From positions 724,335 to 788,334 of the forward strand of contig NMRA01000039.1 in NCBI GenBank assembly GCA_002633005.1: 64,000 bases of DNA. The letters are read 5' to 3'. Position 1 is the stretch's first letter. Each line of letters starts with the position of its first letter. The notes below the pieces were generated by a model. The model saw only the letters and a program-made list of their open reading frames with translations. It did not search any database and was not told where the DNA came from. Of the stretch, positions 14,560 through 28,170 are shown one piece after another. Source of the stretch: Phoronis australis. Lineage: Eukaryota > Animalia > Phoronida. Position numbers and translations under genes: made by a program.

Positions 14560-15585
14560 AACTCATTTCAGGACCATCATAAAAGTAATTAAAACGTTGA
14601 ACAAATCCCCAGTCTTTGAATGTTAACACATTATTGATTTTTAGGGGTTGGCTATTCAAAAACCATAAGGGACAATAAAACAAGTATCTTCTCATCCAGG
14701 TCCACAAACCCTGTGTCACGCTGTGTTTAGCTACACTGTCTAACTGGGACAGTCGTATACTAAGAACAGGGTTCACAAAGAAGCGCTTTCACTGACCTTA
14801 CATGTTGGTTTCAAAAAACCTAAGACGCCGGTACCGTAATTTGTCACTTACTTAGCACACAATATGGCCAACAAATGAAATTCTATTTTGTCAAATTTCA
14901 CCACAAAATAAAGATGAAGAAAATATTAGTCTGTTACTACCATGGTTTGTGCTGTGCAGATGTCATAAAACAGCTTTTGGTAAATTTCTAATAACCGCAG
15001 TAAAGTAATCAGGCTTAGAAAAAATAACAAAATGGTAATTTTGACAATTATTTCTAAGCAGAATAAGCGCATAATTGTCGTAATATAATTTCATCATAAT
15101 CTCAGAGATCACTGAGATTTAAATACTATTAATTATCCGTGTTTTATAGTGTTTTGACAAAATAATGACTGTCCACTTTAAAATATTTGAGAACAAAAGC
15201 TTTGGAACCAATCAATCATGGCGAAAATGTTGGAAAAAATGATGCCCCAGTTGTCTGTACATTTCCGATAACAATTTCACAGAGCATGAAATCTCTCTGT
15301 CGCTCATTAAAACATAAAGAGATCGTTCAAGCAATACAATTTTAAATGGTCTGTAAATGGCAATAGGTTGGCGGTGGGCCCCTGTCCTCCTTAATTGCCA
15401 TGTATTGATTGCTAGAATGATTCCTGGCAGCGTAAACATGTAGGCAAGTGATTAAATGCTGGCATGTAGAGTATAATGATTTGCAGTGCACTTCCAGACT
15501 ATTGTTGGTTTTTGCCAATTTGGTTGGAATGCTCAACTCAAGGCAACCAAGACATTTACACAAGTGGGGAAGCAGGTTTTTTAAA

Positions 15586-16096
15586 TTAACTATCATGGAA
15601 AACACTGCACTCAGGAACCCCATTATGGTGTCTCTCTACACAAATCCCTCGTTACGGCGAGTAGGGGGATCAGGCACACTCAGATGTACGTTTCTTCGTT
15701 TAGAAAAACAAAAATGGATGAAAGTAGAATTCTGTTTTCTCAAAGCCCCAATAAAAGTGGAATTTTATTTAGTTAAAGCAGTACAAAGTTATCAACAAAA
15801 ATAAATGAAAGATTTCTTTATTTCTACTCTGAAACTTATCACAAAATACATGACAACATTTTAACTATGGAAAACAGCACTCGGGAATTCTATTATCATG
15901 TTTCTCTATAAAAATCCCTGGTTATGGGGGTTGGCACACTTGGAGGTGTTTAGAAAAACAAAAACGGATGAAAGCGGAATTTTATTCTCTGGAAGTTGGA
16001 TAAAAGTGGAGTTTTATTTTGTCAAAGTTCTCAACAAAACGTGAAAACATATTTTTTGTACTCCGAAACTGTCACCATAAAATACATGCCATCACT
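15586..16096. repeat. Old diverged tandem duplication (~275 + ~235 bp)
   Basis: Collinear blocks taactat..ggaaaaca..gcactc.ggaa / aaatccct.gtta / ggcacact / tttagaaaaacaaaaa.ggatgaaag / taaaagtgga.ttttattt / aaaatacatg occur twice. Confidence 0.85.
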
Positions 16097-18831
16097 GAGT
16101 ACTTGGCAGTTGTTTTGTATAAAATTCAAGTTTTAGTTAACAATCATTTTGTCTAGTAAAACATCCTTTTTTCTAAATCAATTTCAAAAACTGGATCTGG
16201 TTGAAACAATGTATTTGGTACTTAGAAACTCCACATACATTACTGCAATGAGACCTTGGCACCAATAATGGTTATTACCACCCATTCAGAGATAGACGTC
16301 AAGATGAGAAATAGTGTTTTGTCTCATTACTTCTACCTTGAGCTGTAAGTTCTTTTAATCATTTTGACTGCAGTTCATCTCAACAAAAATATCAACACCA
16401 AGTTGAAAAATACCAGCAACAATTGATCATGTAGGCCACCACGATGAGCAGAGGTCAGAAACCATCAGTCAATTACGACTTTCCAAAATCAGGGTACTTA
16501 ATTGCAAAATCAGGGTATTTAATTCAGTTTTAATGCGAGATCATGAATAATAACTGAAGCAGTGATTAACCAGTAATAACAGATTCTAACAGAACTGAAG
16601 ATATATCATCTTCTGTGTCCATCTAATATACTTCCAAACACCAGAGTCCCATGAAATCAAAAACATTCTTGGGGTCAATTTCAAGTTATCAGGGTGCCTG
16701 AAAACTAAACAGAGCGATGAACAAGGTCTAAGTTGTGCTTTTGTCAAAACCAAAAAAGGGAATGTTACCAAGAAACGAAACCAATAATCGTTATTTCTAT
16801 CATTTTCAACTGATCAAATTGCCTCCCGGCAATTGTGCATCCATCGATTCGTCCTTTTGGTGGGTTGAGCAATGAATTTGAAGTCGTGTTGGTCAAGTGC
16901 ATTCAGACTTCAGCCGTCATCGGCAAGTTGTACTCAACCGTAGTCAAATTAGACGCTTCAATGTAAAGTAACAAAATGGGCAACTGCCACACAAATGAAA
17001 GTTCATATCAATTCATCAAACATCATCGACATATGAGTCAGGTTACATCCACCATGTGAGATAAGTACAAGGACAGGAAATAGTAAACAAGGTCACCAAC
17101 ATAGCTGCACAGTCACTGAGTGAGTGCATGTTATTCAAAGAACCAGGAGCTTACTGGTCCTGAATGGCCAATATAAAACAAACTGTACGACTTTACTTAA
17201 AGTTTCTGTAAACCCGTGTTCCGCCCAAGAAGCTAACTTTTGGTTTAGCCCACTTAGCACTATAAAATGGGCCACAACTTGTTGCATGGATTAAAGTGAT
17301 TTCTGGATTTGCAAAGAAATGGCAGTTAGCTATTTGTTGAGACCATGCTCAGCACACAGTCTGTTACAAGCCACCACGTTGAGCCTGATCTCATCCAACA
17401 ACTTAAAGCCAGTTCTTTCGAAGACCATAAGTCAACTCTTGACAAAACCATCATTTGATTGAAGAACAATACAAGATCAATTTTCTGGCGATAAGTGGCC
17501 AAAAACAAACATAGAGAATCTTATACTCGTCTCGGGTTTATGACATGGGCAAAACCTCTAGGAAATTTCGTCAAAGTCCCGGCACTTGCCGAGGGATTTT
17601 GCCAAGGGATTTGTTTTCTGACATGAACTGTAAAAACAATCCTTTTGCCGAAAAACTCGACGTATCTAAAACTTTGGCAACCACAAGACGCAACTTTTCT
17701 AAAAACACTGTTACGTCATATAAAGTAACCTCAATTACTTTTTGTTAATAGTTTTATTCCAAATTTAACAATGGAAATTGCATTTGTAACAAATGTTCAA
17801 GTTATAATCTAATAAATACTCTTTTAAGTTGTAACTTTAAAACTTAAATGTTTATAAATAACAGTCAGCAGGGCTTCCCCGCATGAGCACTTAACTGACC
17901 TTGAAACGGCACAGCTACAGTCTCACCACGTAGTTTCTGAAGTAGGGCTTCTTCTCTGTTTAATGGATGTAGCTATGGAATTTGCCGCCAAAGATGGGTC
18001 CATTTAAGAAGTTGTTTGCATGTCCTTCCCACTGGTAGTATGTACAGTTGTGACACTTGATTTTCAATCATAACCTTGTCACTTTCACGGAATTCGGCAT
18101 TGTTTGGTTGTTATTATTAGTGTCTTGCAGACGATAAAATGTAAGACGTGTGGATTTCTACTTTGCACTCCTTTGTGATTTGCCCATGTAATATCAAAAA
18201 AATTACATAATCAATGTTTTTAACCAAATATTAATGAAGCATAAAAATAGTTCCAGGAGATCAGTGCAATGGGCCCACATGCGAGGCCTGCGCATGTCTG
18301 GTACAACATGTATCAGACCGCCTGAAATTGTTTTTTTTTTTTGTTTTTTTACTAACCAGTCGTGTCGTAACACATTCCAGGTCATGTGAGAAATTGTTTT
18401 CTGTGATGGGAGGCATGTTTAAATCTGCTTCATAACGGAATGACAAAAGTAAAATTAACCCTGAAACCCCATGAATTGTTGGAAAAACTGTCTATGCGCA
18501 TCATCAACTTTTGTGTTTCTACGGAAACAAATCTCCACCACCTTTGACAACAAACGCAGCCAATAGCTGGCACTGTATAAACCATTCCAGGCAAATGAAA
18601 ACGTCCTTCCAGCCATCCCAATTAAATCTACACCTGATCAAAGGCTAGCTAACGACCAGGTATTCTAGTTCTAACCTTAAATATACCCAGTAAATCAAAA
18701 GCGCTAATGAAGGGCACACAGAATGACCTTTTGTTGAGGGGAGTACTGTAATTGGGCCAGTGATGCAGTCTTCCAATAATCTTCAGTACATGCCACATAA
18801 TATAGGAGTGGCAGATAAGAACAAGGTGAAG

Positions 18832-19075
18832 CCAGGGAGGGGGGTACTCCTATACAAGAGGCATACAGGATATGCCACTCGGAAGAGAGACTTTTTACCT
18901 ATGAAAGGGTACCTCTTCTGACAAAATTCCCAATGAAAGTGTGCCTTTCTCTCCACCGTTTCCTATGGGAGCTCAAAATTCAAAAGGTTTCCATGAAAGT
19001 GTACCTTTACAGTTTTATTACCTACAGAAGGGTTCGCTTTGGGACATCGGAACTTCTCAAAAAGGTTCCCTTTTA
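18832..19075 (+). mobile_element. Degenerate MITE-like fragment starting CCAGGGAGGGGGGTACTCC
   Basis: G-run + TACTC terminus followed by repeated (c)ctatgaaagggtacct-like motifs; no matching right TIR was seen. Confidence 0.35.
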
Positions 19076-21848
19076 CTGCAAATCCAGAAGAGTTTTTAAC
19101 ATTATTGTAATCTGGTTCGAAAGACTGCAGTCATATTTTTCGCGTGTACCACTTTGTGTACTGTTTCAGCAAAAATTGGTCTAAACATTAATCTCTACAT
19201 CATGACATTGGAAACAAGGTGTTGTTCAAGCCACCCGTGCTTGGCTGCAGTGTTCATAGAGGTAATAACCTCTCTCGCATGAGAGTGACTGCCAAATACA
19301 ACAGCCTTAAAAGCATACTTATACCTGTTTGGTCGAAGTACGATTAATCATAGGTGGAATTGATTTGACTGTTTTGGTGTTCAGATTTCATCCTTCGTGG
19401 AGGGGTTTTGTGTTGTAAAGGCAGCCAGAGTGGCTGGCTATAGTGTTATAGAGGTAATAACTGCCGTCGCACGAGAGCTTCGTATCACTTAGGCAAATGG
19501 AAATGTTGATTCAGGAACAAAACCCTACAGTAACTTTTCCAAGGAAGCATGACAAATCATGTAATCTGTTAACGAGTTTACCTGGATTTTTTTGTTTTAT
19601 CGTGGCCATTTTGAAGTGATCGACCAGTGTCTACCGCACCCCGAGCACCAACTCAAGCTAGTTCACTTCAAACTACGACATTGACTAACTGAAGTCTCGT
19701 GATCCAGTTGAAGTTGGTTCCCCGGTTGGTTGCAAGTAGGTCACTTGGAAGTCTTTTGGCGATTAGGTTACAGAAAGTACTACGTACATTCGTGCATTTA
19801 AGGTTAACACAACTATGAAATATTCGGACAACCACTTAGAAAATCATCTTGTACACTCCTAATTTTTGGTTTTACCCGACAGTCAGTTGTTAATGATGAG
19901 CCACTTGAAGCGTCATTACTTTATAACAAATAATATCAAATTTACGAAAAGATGTCTTATGACATGAACACAGTACAAACTATGCTTGTAATAGACTAAA
20001 ATTTTATTAATGTATATTTTTGGGGAGGAATATTATAAAATAGAATTTCACTTGTGTGCTAAATAAGAGATGAATTATAATCCTAACTGTGATCATTCAC
20101 AATGTCAGAACCACCTAAATCATGATAAGGAGAAACAATTGCTTTTTGTCGGAAATTAATTTAACTTTCCGATAACTGTGGTACCATAGTTATAAGCCAG
20201 CACAGGAAACTTAAACAGTATAAATTGTAAACTAGCTGGATACCAATATAACATGCATCTGGCTTACATTTAGTGAAAATCAGGCCATAATTGAAAATTA
20301 TTGTATTATGTCATAGTTCAACAATTACTCAAAAGTGTTACAGCATAATTTAATAAACTGGAAACAATTTAGCCTGTCAAAACACGTGGTGTCATGCTCA
20401 ATCATTTCACATTTATAAGGAAAACAATCCGCCAGAAATAGCAGTTTCCTCAGGTTGTTACAGACAGATGTTTACCTTTATAAACTGAGCGCTAAACTTA
20501 GCTTTCAGGCAAATTCTTTTTACGGAAAACATAGCCACGTTTTTGTGTCAAATGGCCCCAACGTTTCTCCATAGGCTGTCTTGCAATTTGTGTGAAAATC
20601 ATCAGGCTCTACTCCAAATTTCCTCGTGTTTGTTTAACACGCAATAGCTGGCAAAAATTAACGTTTTGAAAGTAGTGGCAAAATGGCGTTAATCACACTA
20701 AAAAAAAGTCTGCATCTTCCCACTAAATTTGACTTCTCAGTATCTCTTGCTGGGTGTCATGCAAAATGGTCGTGAAAATAGCCGTGAAAATGTCCCTGAT
20801 GCAACCTGATGGCATTCAGGCACTATGAGGTGCAAGGCTCAATTTGGCGATCTGCAGCTCGCCATTGCGATCTCAAATTAATGTTTTAGCGACCCGTAAA
20901 AATCCCAAATCGCAAGATTGTTGAAGTAGCCAAATATTTGCGAGTTGCAAGAACGTCAGATGAAGTCAGACTAATAAGAATTCACCCGCAATTATGATCT
21001 ATGAAATTTGTGGAGACTTTCAAACTTTAACAACCAATAAGATTTTTCCCAAATACATTGCACCTGTATAACAAATGTTTCATTTGGGAAGTCATACGTA
21101 TGGCCACCCTCACGCTCAAACTACAACAGGAAGTAAACAGACAGCAGTCGAAGTCTGACAAAAACCCAGTGTGGTGACATTTGATGTTGTTACCACTGAT
21201 ACAGGTAGACTAGGGAAAAGGTGAAAACAAACATCTCCATTCGAAAATATGTGAAGAACTTTCATTGATCTTAATATTATTTGCCAGTATCAAATAAATC
21301 AATGCTAAAATAATTAGAAAAAGCCATGATAGCTGGAGATTAAAAGTTAAACATCTTTTCTACAGGACTGGTGTCAGTTTAATTAATATTCTCAAATCAG
21401 GATGCCAACAATGATGACCTATTCCTAAGTGAATTGGAACACCATTGTTTAGACATAGAGGGACAAGATTAGCAGGAAGATAGGTCATGTCTTAGTAAAC
21501 TGGATACACACAGGTTGTACAAACATGACTTAATTACTGAAAGCTATGTTAAATGTTTACATGTCAAAAAGTAGGGTTCAGCTCTGGCAAGATTCAGACG
21601 TGCTTAGCACAAACTAGCAATGATCAAACAGACATATTGGATTATTACCGGGGGGGGGGGGGNNTTGTGTTTCTATTGCCAATGAAAGACATGTTTTATT
21701 AGTATTACCGTGTATAATGAATTGAGAAAGCAATATAATGTAAATGTAAATGAGAATATCACAGGTAGAGACCTATTTATGGTCATGACAGGATCACATT
21801 ACTTTTGACCTGCCTAAGGTGCCATCTGCACAAAGACTTACCCTTCAA

Positions 21849-21989
21849 GAACAAGTTAGTCCCGGAAAAAGTTGTCGCTAGATTTGAGTGCTGTATGGAC
21901 ACTATTTAAACTAGTGCAACTTTCCCCACTAGTGACAACTTACTAAACATTATCGAGGTGGGATAACTTGTTCTAGGGTAACTTGCGCC
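21849..21989 (-). repeat. Interspersed repeat, inverted homolog of 49599-49741
   Basis: The reverse complement GGCGCAAGTTACCCTAGAACAAGTTATCCCACCTCGATAATG.. matches 49599 GGCGCAAGTTACCCTAGAACAAATTACCCTACCTCGATAATG.. and similarity continues for ~140 bp. Confidence 0.8.
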
Positions 21990-22102
21990 GCTTGTAATTG
22001 TTGTATTGCCGCAAAAGTAGAGTAGGCCAGAAGTAATTATCAGCTACTCTTACATACAGACGGGATTAGCAGTAGGCATTGTGTGTGTATCTGTGTGTGC
22101 GT

Positions 22103-22929
22103 CAGTGTTCTCCACCGCCTGTTTTAACTCGACGCTGTAACGAGTTTGGATTTTGCAGCGTGGAGTTTGGATTTTGCAGCGTCGAGTTTGGAAAATGCGC
22201 GTTGAGTTTAGAAAGTGCTGCGTCAGGTTTGAACCTTTGTCCAGGCTTGGTATTTCAGCCCTCAACCCTAAAGCAGTGCCTGATTAACCAACATCAAGGC
22301 CAATACAGAACTTTAGAGGCAGTCAACACTATATGTATAACTTCGTAAGACACTACAAAAGTTTAAATTATAATTAACAAAATCTGCAAAAAACTTTAAA
22401 TAACAAACATTTCATGGAGTCACCTAGCTTGCTTAATTGAATGACTAATCTACTTAGTCATTCTAACTTTAAAATTTTGCAAGTCAACCTATAAAAAAGC
22501 AATTTAATTTGCTTAATAAAGACAATTTTGATTTTGACTGACATCTAGTGGCAAGTTAGAGAACTTTATGAGCTTATTAAACTTGACAACAGGTGTCACT
22601 AAAAACTAGGTCACATCAGAACTCATGTTAGTAGTACTTAATATGTCTAATTGATATTAAAATCGGCATTGGTATTATTAAAGGAACTTTTGATCTTTTG
22701 TTTGCTGCTCTTGGTCTGTCAAATGCTTTGGAGAAATTATGAGATGCATTGGTAGGAAAGCTAAACTTTGAAGTGTCTAAGAAGTAGGTCACACCAGTGC
22801 AGTGTGCAGTTTTAAACCATATATAAATACCTCCAGCATGACCATGGTTATGGGTAGACACAAAACAATGTCAATAACTGACATTCAACATTTGCGTCGA
22901 GTTTGGAATTTATAATGTGGAGAACACTG
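22103..22929. mobile_element. Non-autonomous hAT-like DNA transposon (827 bp) with 5-bp TSD, inserted in a GT microsatellite
   Basis: TIRs CAGTGTTCTCCAC / GTGGAGAACACTG, with direct repeat TGCGT at 22098-22102 and 22930-22934. Subterminal GCGTCGAGTTTGGA motifs occur at both ends. Confidence 0.88.
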
Positions 22930-24777
22930 TGCGTGCGTGTGTGTGTGTGCGTGTGAGCACGTGTGCACACTCCATTTAAAAGTGGGGGTAAGTCCAACTA
23001 GTGCAAGCTGTTTCCGGGTAGGCTGTGTGTGTAGTTGCTGAAGCTACTGAGGCTGCTCTAAATCTATTGCCACTGTGTTTATAATGCCTCGTGTGTTAGT
23101 TTTGATATGGGCCGGAAACCATTGTACTTAGTAATGTTCCACCAATAAGCAAAAAATTAAAAATATGTTAAAAATTAATAAATAGGCTTAAAACCTATCA
23201 AACACCCAGTTTTGATCCAGCCAGACTACTCAAGCAACTTTGAAATGCAAGAAAAGTACCAGTGTGGTTTGAAGTTGAAAATTTAATAAATTATGACCAA
23301 GGCCCATTTAACTTCAATGTTCTTCATAAAGGGGGATGGTACTCCTTCAGGGAATTTCTGTATACTCCCTCAGGAGGGCGCCTTACTTCATGTGACAGGA
23401 CAATGATTCATGTTTCATAAACTAAATACTCCACAAGCTGTGAAAGGGATTTGCTAAATGGATATGCTATTGGTCTGGCGTTTAAAGGGACATAGGTAAT
23501 CACTTTCAGACGAGGAAAAGCACATTTTTGGAACTATTGTTTGATGGGATTGGCTTCTTGAAGTTATTAGCTTTGACGAGAGATACAACTACAACAAAAA
23601 CCAGTTACAGAAAATTAATTGAAACTGTACTCACGGGTAAAATGAAAATCATATGTGAGAAACTCTACCATTGCGGATTTTTCATCAGTATAATGAAAAA
23701 AACAGTTGTGCTTTGCAATTTTACCACAAATCACCAATTTTCACCGTTTTCTGGCAGACAATAGATGCAACATTAGGCACTTACATAGGCTTCAAATACT
23801 TTCCCATGAGTGAGGTTTAGCTTCATGAATTGCTCTTACACATTACACCCTCACTTACCCTCATCACCTGCAGACAGTGCAGTACCACACTCTTTGCATT
23901 TCCAACACAATAAACCTAATTTGGTGGACATAATAAGTACAGGTGCACCACTTTCTAACCAAGATTTACATGATCAATTAACTCAGGCCTGTCTTTTTGA
24001 ATTGACTTGACTTGTTGTTTGACTGGGGCCAACTTGCTGTCACCAGAATTCTTTTGATGACTGCACTGGATAGAGCTCCTCGCCTAGCCTAGTCTTGGTG
24101 TAGCAAGGTCTGTAAATGCTATTCCCAAGTCATGTTCACCCGGAGCAGAACGTTAGACCGCGACTTAGCAGGTTGGACTCCGCAAAGAAGCTAATCTTAA
24201 AAAATCACTTTTCTGGCCACCAATTTTCTTAAAGGATTGACAAACTTCAGAAACAACGTCCATTTTCTGAAACATTTCAGGATCTTCAGTGTGCCTTGGA
24301 CTGTATTCAGTGTTAAGCTGTAACTTACTCCAAAAATACTACAGGACAGAGCTTCAGATGCTTACAACTGATCTTCCAGTCTGGGGAGATTCAATTGGCT
24401 TATCCAATACTGTACACACAGTGTACATGTATACAGAGGTTAATTAAGAGATTCCCATGTGTTTTTTTATTCACATCTATCACACAAAACCTGCCATGGC
24501 AGACTGCATATAAAAAACTAGTCTCAATAAACAGGCGTTAAGTCACAAGTCTATTTTTGTCATGGGGAACTCACCAATGTATACATCACCCTGCCAGCCT
24601 GTGATTAGTGAAAGTAAGACTTACGTTGTGTACATTTCCTGGGTATCCATCAAATCGACTGCTTACATGAATACTGTAGGCTCATAACCACAACATTCAG
24701 TTCCAGCCTCAAGACTGGGCAGAAACGTTTCAAAGACTCTGACATGGAAATGAAATGAATTGCTGCGTTACGCTTAA

Positions 24778-25156
24778 GCTGTGTTCAGATTATGTAAACT
24801 GGTTGTATTACTATTCCAATATTTGTAACAGTTAAGTAATCATTAAGTTAAAACAGTTGTAACTCAAGTACATGGCTTCACACCAATGATTTCGCCTTCT
24901 AATTCACTCTAGTAAGTCCCAGTGGTGTGCCATCATTTCCAACAAAATTTTGACCGCAGCGCCACCTAGAGTTATAACATTTGCAACTGCCACACGGGCA
25001 TTACAACAGTTCAAACCTCTCTCAGCCACCCTCACAGGTGGTTATAACCGGTCTACAGTTACAACTTGTAATTAAACCGGTTTCAAAGTGTTCAGATGAA
25101 GAGTTATAACTTTTAAATCGGTTTTAAATGTAAAACTGTTTTAGTGTGAACAGGGT
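24778..25156. mobile_element. PIF/Harbinger-like MITE; partial second copy at ~53428-53625 in the opposite orientation
   Basis: Imperfect TIRs GCTGTGTTCAGA / TGTGAACAGGGT with internal gttataac/gttgtaac motifs. The reverse complement of 24955-25156 aligns to 53428-53625 (accctgttcacac..taaaac.gatttaaa..gttgcaaatgtta.aactc). Confidence 0.6.
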
Positions 25157-26769
25157 ATTCATGTCTCTTTAAAAGAAAACAGAAATTTAAAGATGTTTCG
25201 CCAAGGAATGACAATAAAATTTGAAGGTTTAACAAAGTGCAGTTGTACTCATTAACAACTTGTAAATGTGAAAACAAAAAATTCTGCAGGTGACCTTTGC
25301 ACTTGGGATGAACCTCGCAGGCACAGCCGGCATGACATGCAGTGTTATTCCCCAGCACCACGTCATGATACTTACTGGACACGGTTCAAAGATTTGCGGC
25401 AGGTCATTTTCGCCACAAAACTCGTTCTTAAAAACATTCGGCAATTTCAACCCATTTTTTTCACTGTGATATATATTTATTGAAGGATACACAGAACATA
25501 CAAAGAAATAATAACAAACCCAGAAACCGCATATTTACATCATCATTGTAGGTTGTGTTTCTAATTTGGCCAAGCAATCACAGAGATAAGGAATTCGCGA
25601 ACAAGTTCCACTTCAAGTCATGAACTGGACTGAACAACAACAATCTGTATCCACGGTATAAAAATGAAGATTTAACTGACAGTTTGCACACGTATGTATC
25701 CTGGGCATAGATGGAGAGTGACCATCAAACTAGAACAAAATGTGTCCCCACGGTGACTCGTTTTATCTTGTTCACCATAAAAATGATCCAAGTTTTGACA
25801 TAGGCGAGCATGCTTTTGGTTTGCTACGACTACTGACACTAAATGTCACCAATTCAGTTCACAATTGGTGGCCAAGTAAAATTGTACCTTCACGTTTTAA
25901 TAGGAGATAAACAGCACCTGATGCTTTATCAATATTATTGAAGTAAATTGTATAACATGGCTACCATCCGATGTTTTGAGAAATTCATGGAAATTCACTA
26001 CAAAAAACAGGTCAACAGGAAACATTGTACAAATAATTCTGGGGTTTTGAGAGCACAAAAGTGTGTTTGGCTTGACCCAATTTCTAATTTTGAAGTGCAA
26101 AACAAGACAGGCCGAGTTTACAGGGATAATTATGCAACTTCTTTCATTCCCGGCCTTTTCGATAAGTCGGGCTTTTCAGCCAGAATCATCTGACTATCGC
26201 CACCACACACCGTTGACAATTTGTTGAAACGATGATCGCAAAGAATTTATAAAAAGTGATGGGAAATATTCCACTTTTAAGGTCTAAAGTATTGACAAAT
26301 TTGCCACTTCTGGGTTTTTTCTGTGTATTTTCATACTACCTGTGACTAATAGTGATGGAACATTGAATTTGGTTCATTTTTCACACAGTGTCGTTTAAGA
26401 TGATGGTTTTTGAACAAATTACCAGTGGAAAACTGAAGATTACTAATAACATAGTGTAGTTACATGTTTAAATGTCAATTGATTTCAGCAAATATCAGGC
26501 AGAAAATGGTGAGAATGGACACTTTGTGTTAAAAAAAACAAGGAATTTTGTTGCTTTATAGCCGAGGTGAAAGCTAATGACTCCAAGAAGTCTATCGAAT
26601 CCAACCACAATCGCCCAAAGATCTGTTTTCAGGCGTAAATATGGTTATGCCCTTTTAACTAGAGGGGCAAAGTGATTAACCATGCATTGCATATTACTGT
26701 TCAATAAATTATTAAAATATTAAAAATTTAGGAACAATTGTAAGTCGTCTGGTACATCATTAAGCAGAG

Positions 26770-27045
26770 TTTACCAGTAATACATACACAACTATTTACA
26801 TTAGTCTCCAGCCTTTACCAGTAATACATACACAACTATTTACATTAGTCTACAGCCTTTACCAGTAATACATACACAACTATTTACATTAGTCTACAGC
26901 CTTTACCAGTAATGCCTATACAACTATTTACATTAGTCTACAGCCTTTACCAGTAATACATACACAACTATTTACATTAGTCTACAGCCTTTACCAGTAA
27001 TGCCTATACAACTATTTACATTAGTCTACAGCCTTTACCAGTAAT
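26770..27045. repeat. 44-bp minisatellite, >=6 copies, running into the assembly gap
   Basis: Unit TTTACCAGTAATACATACACAACTATTTACATTAGTCTACAGCC. Confidence 0.95.
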
Positions 27046-27940
27046 NNNNNNNNNNNNNNNNNNNNNNNNNNNNNNNNNNNNNNNNNNNNNNNNNNNNNNN
27101 NNNNNNNNNNNNNNNNNNNNNNNNNNNNNNNNNNNNNNNNNNNNNNNNNNNNNNNNNNNNNNNNNNNNNNNNNNNNNNNNNNNNNNNNNNNNNNNNNNNN
27201 NNNNNNNNNNNNNNNNNNNNNNNNNNNNNNNNNNNNNNNNNNNNNNNNNNNNNNNNNNNNNNNNNNNNNNNNNNNNNNNNNNNNNNNNNNNNNNNNNNNN
27301 NNNNNNNNNNNNNNNNNNNNNNNNNNNNNNNNNNNNNNNNNNNNNNNNNNNNNNNNNNNNNNNNNNNNNNNNNNNNNNNNNNNNNNNNNNNNNNNNNNNN
27401 NNNNNNNNNNNNNNNNNNNNNNNNNNNNNNNNNNNNNNNNNNNNNNNNNNNNNNNNNNNNNNNNNNNNNNNNNNNNNNNNNNNNNNNNNNNNNNNNNNNN
27501 NNNNNNNNNNNNNNNNNNNNNNNNNNNNNNNNNNNNNNNNNNNNNNNNNNNNNNNNNNNNNNNNNNNNNNNNNNNNNNNNNNNNNNNNNNNNNNNNNNNN
27601 NNNNNNNNNNNNNNNNNNNNNNNNNNNNNNNNNNNNNNNNNNNNNNNNNNNNNNNNNNNNNNNNNNNNNNNNNNNNNNNNNNNNNNNNNNNNNNNNNNNN
27701 NNNNNNNNNNNNNNNNNNNNNNNNNNNNNNNNNNNNNNNNNNNNNNNNNNNNNNNNNNNNNNNNNNNNNNNNNNNNNNNNNNNNNNNNNNNNNNNNNNNN
27801 NNNNNNNNNNNNNNNNNNNNNNNNNNNNNNNNNNNNNNNNNNNNNNNNNNNNNNNNNNNNNNNNNNNNNNNNNNNNNNNNNNNNNNNNNNNNNNNNNNNN
27901 NNNNNNNNNNNNNNNNNNNNNNNNNNNNNNNNNNNNNNNN
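27046..27940. other. Assembly gap (895 N)
   Basis: Run of N. Confidence 1.
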
Positions 27941-28170
27941 TGTCTAGCACTGCAAACACACAACATACAAATGTCTAGCACTGCAAACACACTACATACA
28001 ACTGTCTAGCACTGCAAACACACAACATACAACTGTCTAGCACTGCAAACACACTACATACAACAGTCTAGCACTGCAAACACACTACATACAACAGTCT
28101 AGCACTGCAAACACACAACATACAACTGTTTAGCACTGCAAACACACAACATACAAATGTCTAGTACTGC
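27941..28170. repeat. 31-bp minisatellite, ~7 copies, emerging from the gap
   Basis: Unit TGTCTAGCACTGCAAACACAC(A/T)ACATACAA(A/C). Confidence 0.95.

Noticed and set aside
27016-27990. 324-aa and 312-aa ORFs
   Set aside because: They consist almost entirely of X residues from the N gap.
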